DNA of 64,000 bases, from contig JBDKER010000004.1 in NCBI GenBank assembly GCA_039795165.1, positions 48,234 through 112,233 of the forward strand, read 5' to 3'. Below, piece after piece: positions 47,049-57,165 of the stretch. Within the stretch, counting starts at the first letter, position 1. Each line of letters starts with the position of its first letter. The position numbers were made by a program, and so were the translations under genes. Below the pieces are notes generated by a model. That model did not search any database. It saw only the letters and a list, made by a program, of their open reading frames with translations, and was not told the origin of the DNA. Source of the stretch: Verrucomicrobiota bacterium. GTDB taxonomy: Bacteria; Verrucomicrobiota; Verrucomicrobiia; Verrucomicrobiales; V1-33.

Positions 47049-47798
47049 TCACGCCAGTGCCGCGAGCATGGACCGCAGGATCTCCGGATCCGCGGCCTTC
47101 CGTTCGTACTCGCCAGGCACCGCTGCCGCTCCCATCGCCATGTCGGGCCTCCGGTACGCCATGGGACTCGCATAGGTGGAACGCGCGGACAGATGAAATT
47201 CCCGGATGCCTGACTTCCGCAGCGGAGCCACCAGCCCCGGCCGCAGGCCGCCGCCTGCGAGCAGCGCAATGCGCCCGGCGGCCTGCCCCTGCAGTGCCGT
47301 CAGCGTGGCCACGCCAGCCTCCACGGTGGGTTGCCCGCCGCTGGTGAGCACGCGGGGAATCCCCAGCCGCATGAGCACCTCAAGGCTGCGCGGCAAATCC
47401 CGGCTCACATCGAAGGCCCGGTGAAAGGTCATGTCGAGGCCCGCCGATACGGCCACCAGCCGACCCGCCACCGCTTCATCAATTTCCCCGTCGGTCGTCA
47501 GACAGCCGAAAACCACCCCATCGGCCCCCAGACCACGCGCAACGCGGATGTCTTCCTCCATGATCCTGCCCTCGGCTGCCGAGACCACAAAGTCGCCCGC
47601 CCGCGGACGGATCATCATCATGATGCGGCCACCATAAACCGCCCGGGCCTCCCGCAGAAATCCCGCGGACGGCGTCGTGCCTCCTTCCACCAGTCCCGCA
47701 CACAGCTCAATGCGCGGCACCGCGGCGACCGCACAGGCCTCAACCGACGCCATGCAGTCGACACAGATTTCCAGAAGGGCAGGGGACGAAGCAGACAT
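47049..47798 (-). CDS. cutC: Copper homeostasis protein CutC
   Basis: The ATG at 47798 gives LLEICVDCMASVEACAVAAVPRIELCAGLVEGGTTPS...MIRPRAGDF...HRAFD...RVLTSGG. Confidence 0.85.
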   Translation of the reverse strand: MSASSPALLEICVDCMASVEACAVAAVPRIELCAGLVEGGTTPSAGFLREARAVYGGRIMMMIRPRAGDFVVSAAEGRIMEEDIRVARGLGADGVVFGCLTTDGEIDEAVAGRLVAVSAGLDMTFHRAFDVSRDLPRSLEVLMRLGIPRVLTSGGQPTVEAGVATLTALQGQAAGRIALLAGGGLRPGLVAPLRKSGIREFHLSARSTYASPMAYRRPDMAMGAAAVPGEYERKAADPEILRSMLAALA

Positions 47799-47906
47799 GC
47801 CGCGGCCGTAAGCGCTGGCACACCTCCGCGCAGCCGGGATTTTTTGGGCTGGCCAACCTGGAGAAGCTCCTGCTAGGTAAGGGAAGGTCTCCGACGTCTC
47901 CAAGCC

Positions 47907-49817
47907 ATGAAGCGCCTCCTGATGCCGTTCCTCGCCGCCGCCCTTGGCGGTTCCGCCGCCGCAGTCGACTTGAAAGTCGACATCAATCAGCGCGCCCCGG
48001 CTGCGAACACGCCGGCCAATACCCAGGGTGGCTTTCTGCCTATGACCATCAATCCGGCCATCACCGGACCCCTTGGGCCGGATGCTGTCACCACCACCAC
48101 CTTCGGAGCCCAGACGGTCAGCATCCGTGGCACCGGCAGCAATGTGACGGCCTTCGATGACCGCAGGCGCACGCAGCCCGTCAACGCCGGGGATTTCACG
48201 CAGGCCCCGCTTCTGCAGGACTTCATCTTCGCCCTCTTCAATGCCTCGCTCAACCCAGGCGCAGGACTCGACATCACCATCACCGGCCTCGAAGCAGGCA
48301 AGGAATATGCCATCACGGTCTGGTCGTATGATCAGTCGAGCCCGGGCAACCGCGTGTCGGACTGGTCCGTGAGCAATGGCGGCACCGCCGAGGATTATAC
48401 CTTCGATGGCCGCGTCCTGCCCTTCGACAACAGCCAGTACCAGGTCAATCTGACCGGATTCGCCGACCCCACCGGGACCCTTGTCATCACGGCGCGCCGC
48501 GATCCGGAAAGCAAGGACCAGACCGGGGCCAATCAGCACGGTGTGTTTCTCAATGGTTTCTGGATCCGCGATCTCTTCCGCGACACGGACAACGATGGCA
48601 TGCCGGATGGCTGGGAAACCACCTACGGCCTCAATCCGAATGTCAATGATGCCGCCCTCGACCCGGACAAGGACGGTCTCGCCAACCTCGCGGAATTCCT
48701 CGCGGAAACCAATCCCCAGAACCCGGATTCGGATGGCGATACGCTCCCGGATGGAACCGAGAATAAATCCGGTATCTGGTCAGGGCCCACCAGCACCGGC
48801 ACCAATCCCCTTGTGGCCGACAGCGATGGCGACGGACTCGGCGACGGACGGGAAAACCCCGACCTGCCATGGACCGGCCCGACCCAGCCCGGCACAGATC
48901 CCAACAAGTACGATACGGACACGGATGGATTCGGCGACGGCACCGAAGTCAACTGGCCCTCGCATCCACGCGACCCCGCGGTTTTCCCGAATCCAGCCAG
49001 CGGAGCCACCCTTGGCGTGGAATTCGATGACGTCCTGCCCAGCACCCAACCGGGCTTCCAGAGCCTTCCGGGCTCAGGTACCATCAGTTCCACCGAACTC
49101 ACCGGTACCTTCGGACCGCACACCGTCACCGTCACTGCGGTCGGCTCCACCTTCCTCCAAAGCCGCGACCGCCTCGCCGCGGCCGGAGGGGGCGACTTCA
49201 ATGGCCTCTTCCGCGACTTCGTCTTCGCCAACACCAGTGCCGACGAAGGCGATGGGCTCGATGTCCGCATCACGGGACTCGCCCCCCTCACCAGTTATCC
49301 GGTCACCCTCTGGATGTGGGACCCCACCAGCGCCACGGTAGCGCGGCGCTCGACATGGCTGGCCAGCGACGGCGGCAACGGAACCACCGTCAAAGTGCCG
49401 TCCTATTCCCTTGAAGGCACCAATCTTCCCACCGCGCTCGGCGAACGTCAGGTAAAGTTCACGGCCACCACCGATGCCGAGGGCGTGCTCCTGATCGAGG
49501 GACGCAAGGAAGAGGGGTACTTCGCGACCGCGGCCACCGTCAACGTCTTCCTCAACGCCTTCCTCATCGGCCCGCCCCAGGCCCCGGAGGTGCCCATCAC
49601 CATCACCTCACTCGGCCCGGTCACCCCGCAGGGCATGACCCTCGCATGGAGCAGCGAGGCCGGCCGGGTCTACCGTCTCGAGGCCTCGTCCGACCTCGGT
49701 CAGTGGACGCTCATCGATGGTGCCATCCCCGGACTGCCAGGCACCACCACTTTCACCGATACGACCGCTCCTGCAGGTACGCTCAAGCGCTTCTACCGCG
49801 TCAGCCGCGCTCCGTGA
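47907..49817 (+). CDS. Secreted protein: two paralogous uncharacterised beta-rich domains flanking thrombospondin-type-3 Ca-binding repeats, with a C-terminal ...FYRV module
   Basis: It has a signal peptide. The TSP3 units are DTDNDGMPDGWE, DPDKDGLANLAEF, DSDGDTLPDG, DSDGDGLGDG and DTDTDGFGDG. An internal duplication is visible by eye. It ends ...KRFYRVSRAP. Confidence 0.7.
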   Translation: MKRLLMPFLAAALGGSAAAVDLKVDINQRAPAANTPANTQGGFLPMTINPAITGPLGPDAVTTTTFGAQTVSIRGTGSNVTAFDDRRRTQPVNAGDFTQAPLLQDFIFALFNASLNPGAGLDITITGLEAGKEYAITVWSYDQSSPGNRVSDWSVSNGGTAEDYTFDGRVLPFDNSQYQVNLTGFADPTGTLVITARRDPESKDQTGANQHGVFLNGFWIRDLFRDTDNDGMPDGWETTYGLNPNVNDAALDPDKDGLANLAEFLAETNPQNPDSDGDTLPDGTENKSGIWSGPTSTGTNPLVADSDGDGLGDGRENPDLPWTGPTQPGTDPNKYDTDTDGFGDGTEVNWPSHPRDPAVFPNPASGATLGVEFDDVLPSTQPGFQSLPGSGTISSTELTGTFGPHTVTVTAVGSTFLQSRDRLAAAGGGDFNGLFRDFVFANTSADEGDGLDVRITGLAPLTSYPVTLWMWDPTSATVARRSTWLASDGGNGTTVKVPSYSLEGTNLPTALGERQVKFTATTDAEGVLLIEGRKEEGYFATAATVNVFLNAFLIGPPQAPEVPITITSLGPVTPQGMTLAWSSEAGRVYRLEASSDLGQWTLIDGAIPGLPGTTTFTDTTAPAGTLKRFYRVSRAP

Positions 49818-49945
49818 TAGCGTTCTGATGCGCTGATTCAGGGTGATTGCCGCCCCGGTAGAAGCGCCGGGGATTCCGCGGACAGGGGATTCCCATGGCG
49901 GAGAATTTCTGACACTCTCCTGCGGAAATCCTCCCCTTTTTCGCC

Positions 49946-52900
49946 ATGCTGTCCCGCTTTCCCCTGTTCTTGCTGGCTGCCGTCCCGCTCACCGCGGCAG
50001 TGCAGACATCCTTCGAGGAAGATTCCCTCAGCCCCCTCGTCCTGCTCGACATCCCGAACGCATCGCTCGGCAATGTCATCTTCGACGCCGCCAATGACGA
50101 ACTCGACTTCACGGCGGGCGGCAACACGGACATGTGGGGAGCCCGCAACAACGCAGCCATCGCATGGACCGCCATCCCGGATGGCCTCGCCGCGGGCAGC
50201 ACGTGGACCGTGGAAACCGAAGTCCGCATCAACAATGTCGCCCAGAATAATCAGGTCGCCGGCCTGACCTTCTATGGCGGGCCGAACGGGGCCCGCCCGG
50301 ATATCACGTTTGGACTCGACAACTGGGACCCCGCCGCCCGGGCGGTGCGGCTGCAGGGCCTCGGAGACAATGTCCCCAACACGGCCATCACCACGACGGC
50401 AGGCCAGGTCATCCTCCGCGTCGACATCACCGAATCGGGAGCCACGGACACCTGCAATTTCTTCTTCCGCACCTCGGCCACGGAACCATGGCAGCAGATC
50501 CCCGGAGCTGCCATCAACTACCAGACGAATTTCCCGAATTCCCGCGTCGGCCTCACCTACAAGACCGCTGCCGCCAAAGCCGGTGCCGCGTTCACCTACT
50601 TCAATGTCTACGACTCGTCGAAACAGGCCCCGGTGATCAATGGCCAACCGGGCGATGTCACGGCCCTCGTTGGCGGTGTGGCCCGCTTCAGCGTCGCTGC
50701 CAGCGGCGGCGGAACGTACCAGTGGCGGCGCAACGGAGTGCCCATCGCAGCGGGAGGAACCGGCGACAGCCTCGTCATCGATCCGGTCGCACAAGCCGAC
50801 AATGGCTCCAGCTTCGACTGTGTGGTCACGAATGGAAACGGCAGCACCACGAGCCGTGCCGCCCAGCTCACGGTGCTCGCTTCGCCCCCGGTCGGACATG
50901 GCTACTATGCCAGCGCGGTCCAGGCCGAGCCCTCGCTTTTCGCTTATTTTCCAGTCGATGGCAGCGTGGCTCCTGCGGTCCGCAATGTCCGCCGTCCTGG
51001 ATTCAGTGGAACGCTCAGCGGTGACACGGCCCACGACAGCACCGGCGGCCGTGTCATCGGCATCAAGGGGCTGCGTTCGGCCGGAGCGGGATGGGTCACG
51101 GTCAACAAGGACCCGGAGTGGGACTTCGCAGACGGCGAGGGCACCATTGAAATGTGGGTCTATCAGACGGCCCCCGCGGGATACAATCCCTGCCTCATCG
51201 CCGTGCGCCATGATGCCTCGGGCGGCACCCGTTTCAGCTTCCATGCGGACACGGCGGGAAACCGCATCTGGTTCTTCAATGGCAGCGGTGCCCCCACATG
51301 GACCCTGCCGTCCACCAGCATCGGCAGACTCATGCACCTCGCCGTCGTCATGAAAGCCGGACAGGCCGAACTCTTCCACAATGGCGAGAGCCTCGGCACC
51401 GTAAACCAGACGCTCGGCAGCGGCCTCGGCCTCCCGGCCATCATTGGAGCCGCCGGACCCAGCACGCAGGAAGCGTTCCCCGGACACCTCGATGAAATCG
51501 CGCTCTACTCGGAAGCCCTGCCGGCCAGTGCCATTGCCGCCCACTACGAAGCGTCGCAGAATCCGGCCGCGGGGAGTCCCCCTTCCTTCGCGGCCCAGCC
51601 GGCCTCCACGTCGGTCGATGAGGGAGCCAGTGCTACGTTCCAGTTGAGCCTCGCCGATCCTCAGGGAGCCAGTTACCGTTGGGTGCGCAACGGCGTCGAC
51701 ATCCCCGGAGCCACCGAACCATCCCTCACGATCGCCGCCGCTTCCCTCGCGGACGACGGAGCCACCTTCCAATGCGTGGTCTACAATGCATTCGGTGGAG
51801 CGCTCAGCAATCCCGCCACACTCCGCGTCATCGACACCAACCCGCCAGTCCTCCAGTCAGCCAGCGCGCCCATCTCCGCAGGCCAGGTCATCGTCACTTT
51901 CAACGAACCGGTCGATCTCGCCGGAGCGGAATTCCGCATCGCCGGCGGCACGGTCACCGCGGCCGTGGCCGGACCCCTGCCGGGCATGGTCACGCTCACG
52001 GTGAACGGACTGACTCCCGCCACGGCCTACCGCCTCACCGTGATTGGCATCCGCGACCTCACGGGGAATATCCTGACAAATGCCGAGACCGCCTTCACGG
52101 CCGCTCCGCCGCCGGTGCCCGCTCCCATTGGTCTCGTCCGTCCGGAGCCGGAACCGGCAGGGCCCGCCACGCGCCGCGGACCATTCACCCTCGCGGAAAT
52201 CCACTACCACCCGCGCAGCCGGACCGATGGACGCAATCTCGAATTCGTCGAACTCTTCAATTCCCAGCCATGGACCGAAGACCTGAGCGGCTTCCGGCTG
52301 AGCGGCGAAGTGGAATTCGCCTTCCCCCAGGGCACCACAGTCCCGGCAGGCGGGCGACTCGTGATCGCCGCCGTTCCCGCCGATGTGCAGGCAGTGCACG
52401 GCCTCGCGAACGTGCTCGGTCCATGGCAGGGTGCCCTCAATAACGCAGGCGGAACCCTGCGCCTCATCGACGTCTCGAAGGCGGTCGTTTTCGAGGTGGA
52501 GTACGATTCCGGTCACCCATGGCAGCCGGCTGCCGACGGAGCCGGTCATTCCCTTGTGCTGGCCCGGCCGAGCTACGGCATGAACGACCCTCTGGCATGG
52601 GACGCCAGCGCGGCCGTCGATGGTTCCCCGGGAGCCGCCGAGCCAGCCCCGGCCCATCCATGGCGCAGCATCCTCATCAATGAAGCCGCCGCCGCCGGTC
52701 CGGGAGCCGACTTCATCGAACTCAGCAACCACGGCAGCGAATCCGTTGATCTGAGCGGCTGCGTGCTCAGCGACGACCGCAACGCCCTCAAGTACACGTT
52801 CCCCGCGGGAACCAGCCTCGCTGCCGGTGCCACGGTCGCCCTCGACTCCAGTCAGCTGGGATTTGGACTGAAAACCGATGGCGATACGGTCTATTTCCGC

Positions 52901-55900
52901 GCCCCCGGTGCGGCTGGCGAGCCGGGCCGCGTCCTCGATTGCCTGCGCTTCGGTGCCATGGCCGCGGGAACTTCCACAGGACGCTACCCGGATGGTGCCC
53001 CTGTCTTCTCCACCCTCGCGGAACCATCCCCCGGAAAACCCAATGCCCGCCCAGCACCGCAGACAGCGGTCATCTCCGAAATCTTCTACAAGGCCCCCGC
53101 AGGCTCGCTCCAGCCTCCATTCGTCGAAATCACCAACGTCACGGCGGCCCCGCTCAGCCTGAGCGGCTGGCGCCTCCGCGGCGGAATCAGCTACGACCAT
53201 CCGTGGAATGCTCCGCCCCTCGCCCCCGGAGCCAGCATCGCCATCACTTCCTTCTCTGGCCGACTGAACAGCGGAACAGGTGAACGCCTCCGACTCGAAC
53301 AGCCCATCACCATCACCGATGGAGCCTTCCCAGTCACCGCCTATGTGGTCGCGGATGAAGTCACCTACGGCACAGGTGGACAATGGGGCCGCGACAGCGA
53401 CGGAGGTGGCTCCAGTCTGGAAAAAACCGACCTGCGCGCCGACGGCCGGCTCGCCGCCAGCTGGGCCGACAGCCGGAACCCGGAACGACAGGACTGGGTC
53501 ACCATCGAAGCCACCGGTGTCCTCGACAACGGAAGCGGCTCGGCCATCGACCGGCTCCACGTCATGATGCTGGGAGCCGGCGAATGCCTCATCGATGCCA
53601 TCGAGGTCATTCAGAACAACGGCCCCAACCGCGTCACCAACCCGGGATTCGAAGAGGGCACCACGGGCTGGCTGCTTCAGGGCACACACGACAGCAGCAG
53701 CATCACCACCCCCGGATGGAACAGCGCTCAGTGCCTCCACGTGCGCGCCGCCGGACGCGGTGACCTCGCCGGAAACCGCCTCTCGGTTCCCCTCACCACA
53801 ACCCTTGCCCCCAACTCCACCGCCACCATCCGCGCGAGAGTCAAATGGCTGCGCGGTCAGCCGGAAATTCTCCTCCGCCTCGCCGGAGGCGTGCTCGAAG
53901 CCACCGGCAATATCCTCCCGCAAGGCTGGTCCGCCGGAACGCCCGGACTGCCGAATTCCACCCGCCGCCCGAACGCCGGACCCGCCATCAGCGCTGTCAC
54001 TCATCTCCCCGTCCTGCCCGCGGCCGCCGAACCAGTCACGGTCTTCGCCCGGCTCGACGACCCCGACGGCATCGGGCTCGCCCTCGTCCGCTACCGCCTC
54101 GACCCATCAGTTCAGCTCAACAGCGTGGTCATGGATTACCGCGGCGGCGGAATCTTCAGCGCCGAAATCCCCGCGCAGGCCGCCGGAACCCTCGCCGCCT
54201 TCACCGTGACGGCCTACGACTCCGCCGGAGCCTCCCGCGAATTCCCCGGCGACCGCCGCGAAGCCCTCGTCCGCTGGGGCGATCCCACACCGCCTGGAAA
54301 CCTCGGCGTCTTCCGCTTCTGGATGACCGAAGCCACCCGCAACGCATGGACCAGCCGCATCAGAAACAGCAATACCCCGCTGGATGTCACGTTTGTGCCC
54401 AACCCGCAGCGCGTCATCTACAATGCCTCGGCCCAGTACAGCGGCAGCCCGTGGCACACGAGTGCCTTCAATGGCCCTCAGGGAAATCCCTGCGACTACG
54501 ATTGCAATGTTCCCTCCGACGACCGCTTTCTCGGAGAAACTGACTTCATCCTCGCAGGTCCGGGAACCTTCGGCGACGACACTTCCCTGATCCGCGAACA
54601 GACCATCTGGTGGATCGCCCGGAGAATCGGTCTCCCCAGCATCCACCGCCGCTTCTGCCGCGTCGTCATCAATGGCACGCAGCGCCAGACTGTCTTCGAA
54701 GACACCCAGCAGCCCAGCGGCGCATGGGTCGATGCCTACTGGCCCGACGACGATGACGGCATGATCCATAAGGCCCAGGACTGGATCGAATACGCCGACA
54801 ATGGCACCACCTTCGGCACGACGCTGCGCGCCTTCCTCGCCAAACGCACCACCACCGGCGGAATCCACAAGGACGCTTCCTACCGCTACCAATGGGCCCT
54901 GCGGTCCACCGATTCCGGCAACGACTGGACGGATTTCCGCCGCCTCGTCGACGCCTTCAATACCGGCAGCAGCGGCAACGATCCCGCCTTCTTCAACGCA
55001 GTCGATCCTCTCGTGGACGAGGATTCATGGGCCCGCGCCCTCGCCGTCCAGCGCATTGCCGGAAACTGGGACACATGGGGATACACCTACGGTAAGAACA
55101 TGTACCTCTACAAACCAAAGCGCGGCCCATGGGCCATGACCGCATGGGATATCGACTTCAGCTTCGGACTCGTCGGCGATGCCGCCACCACGGGCCTCGA
55201 AGTGAATACCCAGGACCCGCTCTGCACCAAATTCCGCACCAATCCCGCTTTCCGCCGAGCATGGTGGGCCGCCTTCCGCGACGCCGTCGATGGCCCCATG
55301 GTCACAACCACCGCCAACGCCCGCATCGATGCCATGGTCGCCGGACTCGCCACCCAAGGCATCACCGCCAATGCCGGGCAGGTCTCAACCGTCAAAACCT
55401 ACATCAGCTCGCGCCGCAGCTACATCATCTCCCAGCTCAACACCGCCTACCCCAGCACCACCTTCGCCATCTCCGGCAGCAATACCCTCACGGACGATGA
55501 CGGGGCCATCACCCTCACCGGCACCGCCCCGCCCGGCGTCCGCTTCCTCCGCATCAATGGGATCGACTACACCCCGTCGTGGTTCAGCCAGACCAGCTGG
55601 CGCCTCAACCTCAACCTCTACGCAGCGAGCAACGCACTCACCGTTCAGGGCATCGACCGCCGCGGAGCCATCCTTGGTTCCTTCCCCGTCTCCGTCACCG
55701 TCACCGGCCCACCCATCCTCCCAGCCATCACCATCAACGAATGGATGGCCGGCAATTCTCCGGTCAGTGGCATCACCGACCCTTCCGACGGCCGCTCGGA
55801 TGACTGGTTCGAACTCCATAACGGCGGCCAGACCGCAGTCGACCTGAGCGGATTCTTCCTTTCGGATGATCCAGCCCTGCCTGGCCGCTTCGCCCTTCCC

Positions 55901-56386
55901 AGCGGCACGGTCATTCCACCAGGCGGATTTCTGCTCGTCTGGGCCGACGGCGAGCCAGAACAGAATGGCACGACGCCAGGGCAACTGCATGTGCCCTTCC
56001 GCCTCAGCGCAGCCGGTGAACCGATTCTGCTCACCGCCCCAGATGGCCGTCCAGTCAATGCTGTGAGTTTCGGCCCGCTCGCCGATGATGCCGCCGAAGG
56101 GCGCTTCCCGGACGGGTCCGCAGGATACGCACTCCTGACCATTCCTTCGCCAGCTGCCCCGAATGTGTTCCTGAGCACGGCCGGAGCGGCATGGTCGGCC
56201 GCAGGCTACAGCGTCACCATCACCAGCACCCCCGGCCGGAAGTACCAGCTCCAGTACAGCGATGGCCTCGTCACATGGTCCCCGAAAGGCGATCCCGTGG
56301 TGGCCACCGCCCCAAGCCTGACGCTCACCGACCCCTCCCCGGGCCCGGCCCCGCGGGGATTCTACCGCGTCGCCCTCATTCCCTGA
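49946..56386 (+). CDS. Giant secreted multidomain protein (LamG-like, Ig-like, lamin-tail domains, CotH kinase-like domain)
   Basis: It has a signal peptide. Ig-like units include ...TYQWRRNGVPI...FDCVVTNGNGS and ...SYRWVRNGVDI...FQCVVYNAFGG. The LamG block is LMHLAVVMKAGQAELFHNGESLG...LDEIALYSEAL. LTD blocks include ILINEAAA..ADFIELSNHGSESVDLSGCVLSDD and ITINEWMA...DDWFELHNGGQTAVDLSGFFLSDD. The CotH-like block is GNWDTWGYTYGKNMYLYKP...WDIDFSFG. Confidence 0.85.
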   Translation: MLSRFPLFLLAAVPLTAAVQTSFEEDSLSPLVLLDIPNASLGNVIFDAANDELDFTAGGNTDMWGARNNAAIAWTAIPDGLAAGSTWTVETEVRINNVAQNNQVAGLTFYGGPNGARPDITFGLDNWDPAARAVRLQGLGDNVPNTAITTTAGQVILRVDITESGATDTCNFFFRTSATEPWQQIPGAAINYQTNFPNSRVGLTYKTAAAKAGAAFTYFNVYDSSKQAPVINGQPGDVTALVGGVARFSVAASGGGTYQWRRNGVPIAAGGTGDSLVIDPVAQADNGSSFDCVVTNGNGSTTSRAAQLTVLASPPVGHGYYASAVQAEPSLFAYFPVDGSVAPAVRNVRRPGFSGTLSGDTAHDSTGGRVIGIKGLRSAGAGWVTVNKDPEWDFADGEGTIEMWVYQTAPAGYNPCLIAVRHDASGGTRFSFHADTAGNRIWFFNGSGAPTWTLPSTSIGRLMHLAVVMKAGQAELFHNGESLGTVNQTLGSGLGLPAIIGAAGPSTQEAFPGHLDEIALYSEALPASAIAAHYEASQNPAAGSPPSFAAQPASTSVDEGASATFQLSLADPQGASYRWVRNGVDIPGATEPSLTIAAASLADDGATFQCVVYNAFGGALSNPATLRVIDTNPPVLQSASAPISAGQVIVTFNEPVDLAGAEFRIAGGTVTAAVAGPLPGMVTLTVNGLTPATAYRLTVIGIRDLTGNILTNAETAFTAAPPPVPAPIGLVRPEPEPAGPATRRGPFTLAEIHYHPRSRTDGRNLEFVELFNSQPWTEDLSGFRLSGEVEFAFPQGTTVPAGGRLVIAAVPADVQAVHGLANVLGPWQGALNNAGGTLRLIDVSKAVVFEVEYDSGHPWQPAADGAGHSLVLARPSYGMNDPLAWDASAAVDGSPGAAEPAPAHPWRSILINEAAAAGPGADFIELSNHGSESVDLSGCVLSDDRNALKYTFPAGTSLAAGATVALDSSQLGFGLKTDGDTVYFRAPGAAGEPGRVLDCLRFGAMAAGTSTGRYPDGAPVFSTLAEPSPGKPNARPAPQTAVISEIFYKAPAGSLQPPFVEITNVTAAPLSLSGWRLRGGISYDHPWNAPPLAPGASIAITSFSGRLNSGTGERLRLEQPITITDGAFPVTAYVVADEVTYGTGGQWGRDSDGGGSSLEKTDLRADGRLAASWADSRNPERQDWVTIEATGVLDNGSGSAIDRLHVMMLGAGECLIDAIEVIQNNGPNRVTNPGFEEGTTGWLLQGTHDSSSITTPGWNSAQCLHVRAAGRGDLAGNRLSVPLTTTLAPNSTATIRARVKWLRGQPEILLRLAGGVLEATGNILPQGWSAGTPGLPNSTRRPNAGPAISAVTHLPVLPAAAEPVTVFARLDDPDGIGLALVRYRLDPSVQLNSVVMDYRGGGIFSAEIPAQAAGTLAAFTVTAYDSAGASREFPGDRREALVRWGDPTPPGNLGVFRFWMTEATRNAWTSRIRNSNTPLDVTFVPNPQRVIYNASAQYSGSPWHTSAFNGPQGNPCDYDCNVPSDDRFLGETDFILAGPGTFGDDTSLIREQTIWWIARRIGLPSIHRRFCRVVINGTQRQTVFEDTQQPSGAWVDAYWPDDDDGMIHKAQDWIEYADNGTTFGTTLRAFLAKRTTTGGIHKDASYRYQWALRSTDSGNDWTDFRRLVDAFNTGSSGNDPAFFNAVDPLVDEDSWARALAVQRIAGNWDTWGYTYGKNMYLYKPKRGPWAMTAWDIDFSFGLVGDAATTGLEVNTQDPLCTKFRTNPAFRRAWWAAFRDAVDGPMVTTTANARIDAMVAGLATQGITANAGQVSTVKTYISSRRSYIISQLNTAYPSTTFAISGSNTLTDDDGAITLTGTAPPGVRFLRINGIDYTPSWFSQTSWRLNLNLYAASNALTVQGIDRRGAILGSFPVSVTVTGPPILPAITINEWMAGNSPVSGITDPSDGRSDDWFELHNGGQTAVDLSGFFLSDDPALPGRFALPSGTVIPPGGFLLVWADGEPEQNGTTPGQLHVPFRLSAAGEPILLTAPDGRPVNAVSFGPLADDAAEGRFPDGSAGYALLTIPSPAAPNVFLSTAGAAWSAAGYSVTITSTPGRKYQLQYSDGLVTWSPKGDPVVATAPSLTLTDPSPGPAPRGFYRVALIP

Positions 56387-56453
56387 AGATTCCGCATCTG
56401 CGGGACCGGAATTGTCTGGTCACTGCACGCAGAATGCTCTTACCCTGGTGAAA

Positions 56454-57149
56454 ATGAAGACGCTGAAGCCAATCCTCGCCCTCCTTGCCTTCGCCGCACC
56501 GGCGGGCGCCGCGACGGCCATCCTGAATCCCACCTCGATTCAGTACCTCAATGCCGTGAGCCAGGAACTCGGTGGCCTCGACAACGAGACCAACCTCATC
56601 GACGGATCCGGTCTCTCCGCCGCCCCCACCATCGGAAACTACCAGTCGGTCACCCACGCCGCCGTCAGCTTTGGCCCAACCAATGCATGGGTCACCACGG
56701 ATCCCGGTGGCTACCCGAGCGATTTCTTTGCTGCGGGCGGCCTGCCGCAATCCTTCGGCATTTCCCTCGGTGGCCTCTTCTCGGTCGAATCCGTGGTCGT
56801 CTGGGGATATCACTTCGGAAACGCCAACGGCAATTCCGCCAGCCAATTGTCGCTCGATTTCTCCGTCGATGGTGGCCTCAGCTACGTGTCGTCAGTCAGT
56901 GGCCTCGCCGTGAACACCAATGCAGTCGTCGGGGGGGCCGCCGAAGCAACCTTCGGAGTCGTCAACGCCAACTTCATCCGTGCTACCTTCACGGACAATC
57001 ACTTCGACCCGTCCAACGCCGGCGCGGGCGGTGACCGCCTCGGCATCGCGGAAATCCGCTTCACGGGCGGTGAGCCGATCCCGGAACCAGGATCGGCCCT
57101 GCTCGCGGGCCTCGGCCTGATCGCTGCTTCCTTGCGCCGCCGCCGCTGA
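56454..57149 (+). CDS. PEP-CTERM protein with discoidin (F5/8 type C)-like domain
   Basis: The signal peptide is MKTLKPILALLAFAAPAGA. Further blocks are NLIDGSGLS...WGYHFGN...GIAEIRF, and the C-terminus is IPEPGSALLAGLGLIAASLRRRR. Confidence 0.8.
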   Translation: MKTLKPILALLAFAAPAGAATAILNPTSIQYLNAVSQELGGLDNETNLIDGSGLSAAPTIGNYQSVTHAAVSFGPTNAWVTTDPGGYPSDFFAAGGLPQSFGISLGGLFSVESVVVWGYHFGNANGNSASQLSLDFSVDGGLSYVSSVSGLAVNTNAVVGGAAEATFGVVNANFIRATFTDNHFDPSNAGAGGDRLGIAEIRFTGGEPIPEPGSALLAGLGLIAASLRRRR

Positions 57150-57165
57150 CCCGCGGCCCGTCGGC

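Noticed and set aside
47799-48539. N-terminal 247 codons of ORF 47049..48539 (-) upstream of cutC
   Set aside because: It overlaps the + strand secreted-protein gene that starts at 47907. CutC homology begins at the ATG at 47798, and the extension has no motifs.
49838-54004. Minus-strand ORFs 49838..51772 and 51857..54004
   Set aside because: They are antisense to the 2146-aa multidomain gene. They are Gly/Arg/Asp-rich and lack motifs.
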